A stretch of DNA of 64,000 nucleotides from contig CAVWFS010000019.1 of assembly GCA_963754315.1 (NCBI GenBank), forward strand, positions 192,001 through 256,000, in the 5' to 3' direction. The number at the start of each line of letters is the position of its first letter. Positions within the stretch are counted from its first letter, which is position 1. The translations under genes and the position numbers were made by a program. The DNA is from an uncultured Candidatus Rokubacteria bacterium. Its GTDB lineage: Bacteria; Methylomirabilota; Methylomirabilia; Rokubacteriales; CSP1-6. The notes beneath the pieces are model-generated. The model did not search any database, was not told where the DNA came from, and saw nothing but the letters and a program-made list of their open reading frames with translations. Positions 1 to 8,497 of the stretch are shown here, in pieces.

Positions 1-393
1 GCCCGCGAGCTCGTGGGGCCCCGCGTTCGTGCCGATCATGAACACCTTCTCACGCGTCACTGTGGGCGCCACCGCCAGCATCACGTTCGACCAGATGATG
101 CCCGATACGAAGTGCACCTTGTGCTTTTTGAGCATCTCGTCGGCGAGCTGCTTGCCAACATCGGGCTTCCGTTGATCGTCACCGTAGATCACCTCGACCT
201 CGAGGCCGCCGACCTTGCGGCCCAGGTGATCGAGGGCCAGCTCCACCGAATCTTTCATATGCTTGCCGATGATGCCGGCCGGTCCGGACAGCGAGGTGAT
301 GAAGCCGATCTTGACCGTCTCGGCCGCTCCCACCGGGACAATCGCCACTGCCGCCAGGACGACGGCCACGAGGGCACGGTTGACTAGACGCAC
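1..393 (-). CDS. ABC transporter substrate-binding protein, LivK/branched-chain type (5' part; runs off the window)
   Basis: Manual translation from GTG at 393 (AGGAGG upstream): MRLVNRALVAVVLAAVAIVPVGAAETVKIGFITSLSGPAGIIG...VIYGDDQRKPDVG...VSGIIWSNV; signal peptide plus PBP1 N-terminus. Not in the ORF track. Confidence 0.9.
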   Translation of the reverse strand, partial: MRLVNRALVAVVLAAVAIVPVGAAETVKIGFITSLSGPAGIIGKHMKDSVELALDHLGRKVGGLEVEVIYGDDQRKPDVGKQLADEMLKKHKVHFVSGIIWSNVMLAVAPTVTREKVFMIGTNAGPHELAG

Positions 394-480
394 GGGTGAT
401 CCTCCTTCTGCGTGGACCGCGGACGAGGCCAGGAGTCTAGCAAACCCCCTGCGGTGAGTCCAGGTTCCGAGCGTCTCCGA

Positions 481-1732
481 TCACGTGCGACACGAGGCAG
501 CGCGGGATGCCTCGTGGGCCAGCGCGAAGGGGAAGGCGGCCACGACCCACACCAGACCAATGACCTCGGAGTCGCCGAAGCTGTACTCGAAGAGTCCAGC
601 CACCAGGAACCCCACCACGGCGGCAATGCTCCCGGCCACGAGTGCGCGGGCGTCGGCGCGGGCGGGGGGAAGGCCGGTATAGATCCGGGCTGCCCTCACA
701 AGGAACGCGATCCAGATGGCGCACCATGCAACCAAGCCGAGCATCCCGCGCTCGGCCGCGATCTGCACGACGTTGCTGTGTAGGTGACTCGTCCCCGGGC
801 GCCGCGCGGCCGGATCCTTGTAGTTCGGGTACTCGATCTTCACGGCTCCCGGGCCCAGACCCAAGCAGCGGCGCCTCCCGCACCATCTGCCCCCCGGCCT
901 TCCAGAAATAGAGCCGCTCGCTCACGCTGGGGCTCGCTGGATCGAACATCGAGACGATCTTGCCCCGCATCGGCGAGGGAAGGGCCAGAGCAAGGATCAC
1001 GGCCGCCCCGGCCAGGGTGAGCAAGATCCAGCGTCGGCTCAGCAGAACCAGCACGACCAGAGCCGCTCCCAATCCCATCCAGGCATTGCGCACATAGGTC
1101 AGGGCAAGCGCGACGAGGGCGAAGCCGCTCTGAAGAGCGGGTCGCCAATGGTCTCTGCCGAGTACCACAGCGGCCAAAGAGAGTGCGAGCGCGACCAGCA
1201 GGCTTCCGCCGAGGGTCATATAGATGCTGAAAAATCCCTTGGCCCGAAACGGCTCGTCGCTCGGGTGCCGACAGGCGGGGAACTTGAGCTTCAGGACCCA
1301 GGCCACCCCAGCCGGGATGTCGATGCTGGTCGTACAGACGAGCGTTTGCAGCATCGCGTAGACCGAAACCACCATGACGGTCCCCCCGAACCACCAGAGG
1401 GCGCGCCCGATCTGCTCCGCCGAGCGGAACTCGTTGGCCGCGATGAAGAAGAGCAGCACCAGGTAGAGATGTCGGAGTGCGAGTATCGACGTCGAGCGAT
1501 GATCGGACACCAGTGCCGAAATGAGCGATACGAGCGCAAACGCCACGAGTGGCACGGCGAGGGGAAAGCGATAGTGGGCCCTGGCAGCCGGGTCGGTGAG
1601 TCGAGCGAGACTCGCCAGCACGAGCAGAAAGATGAGAATACCAACGGCGGTGATGGAGGTGAGGAGAGCGACCAGCAACAGCGTGAGGAGCGAGGGCAGG
1701 CAGCGCTCTGCCGCGCGCGCCAGGCGGCTCAC
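481..1732 (-). CDS. O-antigen ligase (WaaL/Wzy_C) family membrane protein, frameshifted at ~860
   Basis: Multi-TM protein with LTYVRNAW, SERLYFWKAGGQMVREAPLLG and, in the second frame, GLGPG...HLHSNVVQIAAERG; one extra G in CTTGGGTCTG separates the two frames. Confidence 0.8.
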
Positions 1733-2583
1733 CGGGACGGCCAGCGATTGGCCTTCCAGTCGAAGTGCTCCCAGAACGAATCGATCCGGTGGACGATGCC
1801 GTGGAATTTCTCGCTGCCGTCTCGACCGGCGCGTAGTTCGTCGAGCGACGCGAACTGGGCCAGATAACCCAGACCATACTCGGCCGGCTCCGCCATGGCC
1901 ATCTCGCCGGCTACGAAGCGACGATACGCCAGGCCAGGATGGATCCAGAACGCCTCCGACGCTTCTTCGGTGAACAGGCGGGGTTCTTGGCCGACGGGCA
2001 GCGTCCCCAAGAAGAAGCGCGCCGCAAAACGAATGGGGCTCGTGCGCGGTGTGACGAAGTGAGAGAGGTACTCGAGGGGACGGGCGTCAGCGAACCAGCC
2101 CTCGCGGGTCAGCAAGGTGGTGAATGAAGCCTCCTGGCTCATGAGACCCTGCCGGCAGCGCTCGATGGCGTCGCGCACCCCGGGGCGGCGGGCATCCACT
2201 GCGCTGCCATCCGCGTTGCATGCGAGGAGGATCCCCGTCTCTTCGAGGAGTTCACGGACGGCGGTCATCCAGAACGCCAACGGCGGCGCACCTGCGGTGG
2301 TAGGAAACTGCGTTTCCGCCGCGGCCGGAGTCAACCCCCAGCAACGCGCGAGACTCTCGATGGTCCCGTCCGTGGCGTCGACCTTACCTCCCGGGAACGC
2401 GTAGTAGCCGCCCAGGAACCGCATGCCTCGATTCCGTCGAATCATATAGACCTCGAGCGGCTCCGCCACCCCTGGTGGTGCTGCCCTCACAAGGAGCACC
2501 GAAGCGGCCGGCCTAGGCTCGGCCGTGACGGCTGGATCGCCAGGGATGCGTCGAGGCCCGCGAGACTCCGGCTCGCGGTGCAT
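1729..2583 (-). CDS. Nudix hydrolase (NUDT19-like, probable acyl-CoA diphosphatase)
   Basis: PRPAASVLL, YAFPGGKVD, AVRELLEETG, TPRTSPIRFAARFF motifs; downstream of the acyl-CoA dehydrogenases. Confidence 0.8.
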   Translation of the reverse strand: MHREPESRGPRRIPGDPAVTAEPRPAASVLLVRAAPPGVAEPLEVYMIRRNRGMRFLGGYYAFPGGKVDATDGTIESLARCWGLTPAAAETQFPTTAGAPPLAFWMTAVRELLEETGILLACNADGSAVDARRPGVRDAIERCRQGLMSQEASFTTLLTREGWFADARPLEYLSHFVTPRTSPIRFAARFFLGTLPVGQEPRLFTEEASEAFWIHPGLAYRRFVAGEMAMAEPAEYGLGYLAQFASLDELRAGRDGSEKFHGIVHRIDSFWEHFDWKANRWPSR

Positions 2584-2625
2584 CTGAGTCGGAGGGTCTG
2601 GGGGATGCGTCTCGTGTTCCCCCAG

Positions 2626-3765
2626 TTACAACGCGATCAGCTGCGCCACCCGTTCCCGGTGGTATGTGGCATCGCCAAACGTGAACTCGGACGATTTCGC
2701 CCGCTTGAAGTACAGGTGCAGATCGTGCTCCCACGTGAATCCGATGCCGCCATGGAGCTGGATGCCGGCCGCCGCCACCTTGCGATAGGCATCGGAGCAA
2801 CAGGCTTTGGCCATCGATGCGGCCAGCGCCGCCTCCGGTACGTTCTCGTCCACAGCCCACGCCGCGTAGTATGTGAGCGATTTCGCGTTCTCCACATCCA
2901 CCAGCATGTCGGCGGCCTTGTGCTTCACCCCCTGGTAGGAGCCGATGGGCCGCCCGAAGGCCACGCGGATCTTCGCGTAGTCCACCGTCATGTCGAGAAC
3001 CCGCTGAGCGCCACCGCACATCTCCGAGCAGAGGGCTACCGTGGCCCGCTCGATCACCCGGGCGAGCGGCGCCCAGCCACCTCCCACCGAACCGAGTACG
3101 GCACCAGCGTCGACCCGCACGTCGTTCAGGGAAACCTCGCAGAGCTTGCGTGTCTGGTCCATGGTGGGCAAGAGCCTCACCTCGAGTCCAGGCGTTCCCT
3201 TGGGGACCAGCAATAGGCTAATTCCCTCTTCGGGCTGCTTCGTCTCTGCCGAGCGGGCAACCACCACCAGGACGTCGGCAAGGTGCGCGTCGAGCACGAA
3301 GAGCTTCGTGCCACTGAGAACCCAGCCGCCGGGGGCGGGCTTGGCGGTGGTGGTGACCCCCGCTGCGTCCCATCGTCCGCTCGGCTCGGTCCAAGCCAGC
3401 GCTGTCTTGGCCCGGCCCCCCGCGACCTTGGGCAGCCACGCTTCCTTCTGGGCGGAGGAGCCCGCCTCCAGAATGGTCAGGCCACCGAGGAGAACGGTGG
3501 ACACGAACGGCCCGGGCATCACGGCCCGTCCCATCTCTTCCATCAAGACCGTCAGGTCCACAAAGCCAAGGCCGGAGCCCCCGTACGCCTCGGGAAACAC
3601 GAGGCCGAGCCAGCCCTGCTCCGCCACCTTGGCCCAGAACTCATCGGTGACACCGGCCGGCTCCGCCATCCGCTTGCGCACAAACTCCGAAGGGCACTCG
3701 TTCTCGAGAAACTTGCGCGCGGTGGAACGAAGAAGTTCTTGCTCGTCGTTGAAGCCAAAATCCAT
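2626..3765 (-). CDS. Acyl-CoA dehydrogenase (PimD/FadE28-like partner subunit)
   Basis: MDFGFNDEQELLR, AFGRPIGSYQGVKH, IQLHGGIGFTWEHDLHLYFKRA. Confidence 0.92.
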   Translation of the reverse strand: MDFGFNDEQELLRSTARKFLENECPSEFVRKRMAEPAGVTDEFWAKVAEQGWLGLVFPEAYGGSGLGFVDLTVLMEEMGRAVMPGPFVSTVLLGGLTILEAGSSAQKEAWLPKVAGGRAKTALAWTEPSGRWDAAGVTTTAKPAPGGWVLSGTKLFVLDAHLADVLVVVARSAETKQPEEGISLLLVPKGTPGLEVRLLPTMDQTRKLCEVSLNDVRVDAGAVLGSVGGGWAPLARVIERATVALCSEMCGGAQRVLDMTVDYAKIRVAFGRPIGSYQGVKHKAADMLVDVENAKSLTYYAAWAVDENVPEAALAASMAKACCSDAYRKVAAAGIQLHGGIGFTWEHDLHLYFKRAKSSEFTFGDATYHRERVAQLIAL

Positions 3766-3783
3766 AGGTGAGGTGCCTCCCGT

Positions 3784-4980
3784 CTAACCTTTGGGCAGGC
3801 CGAGCACGCGCTCGCCAATGATGTTCTTCTGGATCTCCGCCGTGCCCCCTTCGATCGAGTTGGCCCGTGATCGCAGGAACGAGTACTGCCAGACACCGCC
3901 TTCGATCGCCCGCTCGGACCCCGCGACGAGTTGCGAGTAAGGCCCCTCGATCTCCATAGCCAGTTCTTGGATGCGCTGATGCACATCCACCCATACCATC
4001 TTGCCTGCGGAGGCCTCGGGACCCGGCAGTTCGCCGCGTAGGAGCTTGGTGATGGCGCGCGCACCCGTGTATTTGAGGCTCTCCGTCTCGATCCAGAGCT
4101 GGGCCAGCTTCTGGCGTAGGACGGGATCCTTGGTGGTCGGGCGCCCGCTCTTCTCGACGTGACGCGCCATCTCCACGAGCCCGTCGAGGGCGATGCGTAA
4201 ACGAACCTGCAGGCCGAAGCCGAGGGCCAGCCGCTCATACATGAGGGTGGTGAGCCCTACCTGCCAGCCATTGTTGACACCGCCGAGGACCTGCGACTCA
4301 GGGACGCGCACGTTGTCGAAGAAGACCTCGTTGAACTCGGCGTCGCCCGTGAGCTGCTTGAGTGGCTTGACGGTCACCCCGGGCAGTTTCATGTCGAGCA
4401 GGAAATAGGTGATGCCCTTGTGCTTCGGCGCATCCGGATCCGTGCGGGCGAGGAGCATCATCCAGTCGGCCAGGTGGGCCAGCGAGGTCCACACCTTCTG
4501 GCCGTTGATGACCCACGCGTCGCCATCCTTGACGGCACGCGTCTGCAGGGAGGCCAGGTCCGAGCCCGCGTTGGGCTCCGAGTATCCCTGACACCAGATT
4601 TCGTCGGCGGAGAGAATCTTGACCGGATATCGCTTCTTCTGAGCTTCCGTTCCATAGGCGATGATGGTCGGTCCCGCCATGCCGACGCCCAGGATGTTCA
4701 GAATGGACGGCGCTTTGAGAAGCGCCATCTCCTGGTGGAGGATCATCTCCTCCACGAAGCTCAACCCCTGCCCACCGTACTCCTTGGGCCATGTGAGGCC
4801 GATGAAGCCGACCTCCCACAGCTTCCGCTGCCATTCGCGCAGAAATTCGTAGGCTTCCGGGCGCGGCACCTCCGAGGTTCCCATCGCCCGTCGAACCCAT
4901 TGCCGAGGGATGTTCAGCTCGAGCCAGGCCCGCACGCGCTCTCGAAACGCTTCCTGATCGAGCGTCAGCGAAAAGTCCAC
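3784..4980 (-). CDS. Acyl-CoA dehydrogenase (PimC/FadE29-like subunit)
   Basis: WCQGYSEPNAGSDLASL, INGQKVWTS, FNEVFFDNVRVP, SIEGGTAEIQKNII; GTG start with AGGAG SD. Confidence 0.93.
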   Translation of the reverse strand: MDFSLTLDQEAFRERVRAWLELNIPRQWVRRAMGTSEVPRPEAYEFLREWQRKLWEVGFIGLTWPKEYGGQGLSFVEEMILHQEMALLKAPSILNILGVGMAGPTIIAYGTEAQKKRYPVKILSADEIWCQGYSEPNAGSDLASLQTRAVKDGDAWVINGQKVWTSLAHLADWMMLLARTDPDAPKHKGITYFLLDMKLPGVTVKPLKQLTGDAEFNEVFFDNVRVPESQVLGGVNNGWQVGLTTLMYERLALGFGLQVRLRIALDGLVEMARHVEKSGRPTTKDPVLRQKLAQLWIETESLKYTGARAITKLLRGELPGPEASAGKMVWVDVHQRIQELAMEIEGPYSQLVAGSERAIEGGVWQYSFLRSRANSIEGGTAEIQKNIIGERVLGLPKG

Positions 4981-4994
4981 TTGTAGCTCCTATG

Positions 4995-5220
4995 AAGATG
5001 GGGGGTCCAGATTCACCCCCCATTCCCCCCACGTTCGGGGTGGCCCGGGGGACCCGGGCCACCCCTCTGTCTTACTCTGGCGCCGTTCCCCCGTTCGGGC
5101 GCCGGGGGACCCGGGCCCCCCTCTGTCTAGTCCTCTCTGGCGCCGTTCTCCTCGCACGTTCAGGGTCGGCTGTGGGAACCCGGGCCACCCTCTGTCGTGG
5201 ATTGGCGGCGCATTCTGGCG
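4995..5220 (-). repeat. Two-hairpin G-tract element: one complete and two degenerate tandem copies
   Basis: Perfect 13-bp stem GGGGTGGCCCGGG/CCCGGGCCACCCC at 5037-5065; G6-N10-C6 at 5000-5021; ctctgtc recurs at 5065, 5121 and 5190. Confidence 0.88.
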
Positions 5221-5240
5221 AGGGAACTGAACGGTGGTTC

Positions 5241-5270
5241 ATTCTAGGGAGGTGAGGCGCGTGAAGTCAA
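5241..5270 (-). promoter_or_regulatory. sigma70-type promoter for the acyl-CoA dehydrogenase operon
   Basis: Minus strand TTGACT (5270-5265), 18 nt, TAGAAT (5246-5241). Confidence 0.6.
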
Positions 5271-5285
5271 GGCTATACTCCTCGG

Positions 5286-6521
5286 ATGGCGATATCGCTT
5301 GACCGTCTTCGCTCGAGAATCGAGACGCTCGCACGCTTCGGCGCGCTTCCGGGAGGGGGTGTCACGCGCTCCGCGTGGAGTCCAGCCTACGAGGAGGCCA
5401 GGGCTTGGCTGCTCAGTGAAATGCGGGGAGCCGGCCTCGCCGCATGGGTCGACCCTGCCGGGAACATCTTCGGAGGACTCGATACCGCGGCTTTTGCGAG
5501 CGAGACTCCAGTCGTACTCACCGGCTCGCACATCGATACCGTCCCCGAAGGGGGCATTCTCGACGGAGCCCTCGGCGTCCTAGCAGGCCTCGAATGCCTC
5601 CATGCCATCAAGGACCAGGGCGCTTCCCATCGCCGGCCCCTGGTGGTCGCGGCGTGGAGCGACGAGGAGGGACGCTATGGAAGTCTCTTCGGCTCCCGAG
5701 CCTTTTGTGGCTTGCTCGAAGCCGCTCGGTTGCCGGAGATGGCGGCCGCCGACGGTGAGCGCCTCGTGGACGCAATGGCCCGCGCGGGATTCGACGCATT
5801 GGCCGCACCGAGGGCACAGGTACCGCCGGGCGGGGTGGCTGCGTACGTCGAGCTACACATCGAACAGGGACCGCGGCTCGACGAGGCGGGCATCCCCATC
5901 GGTGTGGTGGAGTCCATCGTGGGGGTTCGGCGCACTCGCATCATCTTCAACGGCCAGGCCGACCACGCCGGAACCACTCCCATGGAGCGGCGCCGCGACG
6001 CCTTCCTCGCTGCCGCCGACTATGCCACCAAAGCCCGTGACCTCGTGGTCAAGCGCGGAGGCGGTCGCAGCGTAACCAACGTCGGCGTGGTACACGTCCA
6101 CCCGGGTGTGAGCAACGTGGTTCCTGCCCGCTGTGAAATCGTGCACGAGATGCGCTCGCCGGACGCGGCTGTGCTGGACGCGCTCGGACGCGCGTGCGCG
6201 TCACTGGCGCGCCGGGTGAGCAAGCGCCGCCAGGTGGCCCACGATATCCGTCCCTTGTCGGCCACGGCCCCTGCCACCTGCGCGTCACGCATCCAGGAAG
6301 CGGTGGCCGCAGCGAGCACGGCGCTCGGTCTGCCTTATCAGCATCTCTACTCGGCAGCGGGCCACGATGCTCAGAACCTGGCCACCATCGCCGACTCGGG
6401 CATGATCTTCATCCCCTCGCAGGGTGGCCGGAGCCACCGGGTCGACGAGATGAGCGACTGGGATGCCATCGAGCGTGGAGCCAACGTCCTGCTCGGCACG
6501 CTCCTGCGGCTCGGCGAGTAG
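5286..6521 (+). CDS. M20 Zn amidohydrolase (allantoate amidohydrolase / N-carbamoyl-amino acid hydrolase family)
   Basis: GSHIDTV, DGALGV, DEEG, ELHIEQG, GQADHAGTTPM, SAAGHDAQ, GRSH; TATACT 6 nt before the ATG. Confidence 0.92.
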   Translation: MAISLDRLRSRIETLARFGALPGGGVTRSAWSPAYEEARAWLLSEMRGAGLAAWVDPAGNIFGGLDTAAFASETPVVLTGSHIDTVPEGGILDGALGVLAGLECLHAIKDQGASHRRPLVVAAWSDEEGRYGSLFGSRAFCGLLEAARLPEMAAADGERLVDAMARAGFDALAAPRAQVPPGGVAAYVELHIEQGPRLDEAGIPIGVVESIVGVRRTRIIFNGQADHAGTTPMERRRDAFLAAADYATKARDLVVKRGGGRSVTNVGVVHVHPGVSNVVPARCEIVHEMRSPDAAVLDALGRACASLARRVSKRRQVAHDIRPLSATAPATCASRIQEAVAAASTALGLPYQHLYSAAGHDAQNLATIADSGMIFIPSQGGRSHRVDEMSDWDAIERGANVLLGTLLRLGE

Positions 6522-6585
6522 GACGATTGAGAGGCGCTCTCGAGACCTCCCACCTGCGCTAGCATAGTCGTCTTGGAGGACCACC

Positions 6586-7425
6586 ATGCACTTTGGCGTG
6601 GCCATGTTTCCGACCGACTATGCGATCCGCCCGGACGATCTCGCGCGTGAACTGGAGACGCGCCGCTTCGAGTCGTTCTGGGTGCCCGAGCACACTCACA
6701 TCCCCGCAAACCGCCGAAGCCAGTGGCCAGGGGGCGCGGCGCTGCCCCGAGAGTACTGGCACACCTACGATCCCTTCGTGGCGTTGGCCATGGCCGCCGC
6801 CGCCACCACACGCCTCAAGCTCGCCACCGGTATCTGCCTCGTGATCGAGCGCGATCCGATCATCACCGCCAAGGAGGTGGCCAGTCTCGATCACCTCTCG
6901 GGCGGCCGCTTCATCTTCGGCATCGGCGGGGGCTGGAATGCCGAGGAGATGGAGGATCACGGCACGCCGTTCAAGGCGCGATGGCGCGTGCTGCGCGAGC
7001 GGATCCTGGCCATGAAGGAGCTGTGGACGAAAGAAGAGGCTGCGTTCCACGGTGAGTTCGTTCGCTTCGACAAGAGCTGGTCATGGCCCAAATCCGCCCA
7101 GAAGCCCCATCCACCGATCCTGATGGGCGGCGACGGCCCTACGACCCTCGATCGCGTGATCGAATACTGCGATGGCTGGATGCCCGTCGGCGCGCGGGCC
7201 GGTAGTGGGCTTCTCGGTCGGATTGCCACCTTGCGTGAGCGTTGGGCGCAGGCGGGGCGCGACGCGAAGTCGCTTGACGTCACGATCTTCGCCGCCAGGC
7301 CGGAGACCGCGGCCCTCGGTGCGCTGCAGGAGGCCGGGGTCACGCGCGCGGTATTCATGATTCCGTCCGCCGGCCGCGACGAGGTGCTGCCAATCCTCGA
7401 CGATCTCTCTCGTGCGGCCCGATGA
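6586..7425 (+). CDS. LLM-class oxidoreductase, probably F420-dependent
   Basis: FESFWVPEHTHIP, YDPFVAL, AKEVASLDHLSGGR, GGWNAEE, PPILMGG. Confidence 0.88.
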   Translation: MHFGVAMFPTDYAIRPDDLARELETRRFESFWVPEHTHIPANRRSQWPGGAALPREYWHTYDPFVALAMAAAATTRLKLATGICLVIERDPIITAKEVASLDHLSGGRFIFGIGGGWNAEEMEDHGTPFKARWRVLRERILAMKELWTKEEAAFHGEFVRFDKSWSWPKSAQKPHPPILMGGDGPTTLDRVIEYCDGWMPVGARAGSGLLGRIATLRERWAQAGRDAKSLDVTIFAARPETAALGALQEAGVTRAVFMIPSAGRDEVLPILDDLSRAAR

Positions 7426-7473
7426 GGCGGATCCGCCTCTTCCGCACCGCTCCCCGCAAGGTACCGTGAGGTT

Positions 7474-8496
7474 GTGAACTCCGGCACACGCGCCTGTCGT
7501 TCGCACGTCAGCACGGCGATCCTCGGCGCGTGGCTGTTTCTGCCTCTGGCCCTCGGGGGGTGCGCGTGGGACACACCACAGACGTCCTTGGTGCCGCGCT
7601 CGGATCTGACGCGCGCCATCATGGGGCTGTACGGTCTCATCACGTGGGCCACGATCGTGATCGGCACGGTGGTGCTGACCTTGATCGCCTGGATCCTTCT
7701 TCGCTTTCGCGCCAAGCCGGGCGCGCCGATGCCGAAGCAGGTGCGCGGACACTCCCTGCTCGAGATTGCCTGGACCATCGCGCCCGCGCTGGTGTTGCTG
7801 ATCATCGCTGTCCCTACCATTCAGGTGGTCTTTCGCACTCAGGCGCCGGCGAGCGCGCAGGCCCTCGAGGTCGACGTGATCGCCAAGCAGTGGTGGTGGG
7901 AGTTTCGCTATCCGCAGCTCGGCGTGGTCACCGCCAACGAGATTCACCTACCTGTCGGCCGGCCCATTGCTCTCAAGCTGGTCGGCTGGGATGTGATCCA
8001 CAGCTTCTGGGTTCCTCAGGTGACCGCCAAGCGAGACGTCATCCCGGGCCGGCTGAACTGGATCACCTTCACCGCCGACACCCCCGGTACCTACTGGGGG
8101 CAGTGCGCGGAGTATTGCGGCACCTCGCACGCCAACATGATGCTGCGGATGATGGTGGACCCGCCCGAGGTCTTCGACGCGTGGGTGAAGGCGCAGCTGG
8201 CGCCACCGCCAGAGTCGACCGGGCTGGCCGCCGAGGGCAAGGCCCTCTACGCGGCACGGGCTTGCGTGGGATGCCACACCATCCAGGGCGTGTCGGCCGG
8301 TGTCGTCGGCCCCGACTTGACCCATTTCGGCAGTCGTACGACCTTCGCCGGCGCGCTGCATCCCGTCCACCCCGACCTGCTCGCCGCCTGGCTGGTGAAC
8401 CCACAAGCTGTGAAGCCCGGAGCCAAGATGCCCGCGCTTGGTCTCAGCGCCGAGCAGGCTCGCGCCATCGCGGCCTACCTGGATAGCCTCAAGTAG
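7474..8496 (+). CDS. coxB: Cytochrome c oxidase subunit II with C-terminal cytochrome c (caa3 type)
   Basis: Lipobox-like LGGC, LEIAWT, QWWWEFRY, DVIHSFW, CuA CAEYCGTSHANM, heme c CVGCH and KPGAKMP; exact start uncertain. Confidence 0.93.
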   Translation: MNSGTRACRSHVSTAILGAWLFLPLALGGCAWDTPQTSLVPRSDLTRAIMGLYGLITWATIVIGTVVLTLIAWILLRFRAKPGAPMPKQVRGHSLLEIAWTIAPALVLLIIAVPTIQVVFRTQAPASAQALEVDVIAKQWWWEFRYPQLGVVTANEIHLPVGRPIALKLVGWDVIHSFWVPQVTAKRDVIPGRLNWITFTADTPGTYWGQCAEYCGTSHANMMLRMMVDPPEVFDAWVKAQLAPPPESTGLAAEGKALYAARACVGCHTIQGVSAGVVGPDLTHFGSRTTFAGALHPVHPDLLAAWLVNPQAVKPGAKMPALGLSAEQARAIAAYLDSLK

Positions 8497-8497
8497 C

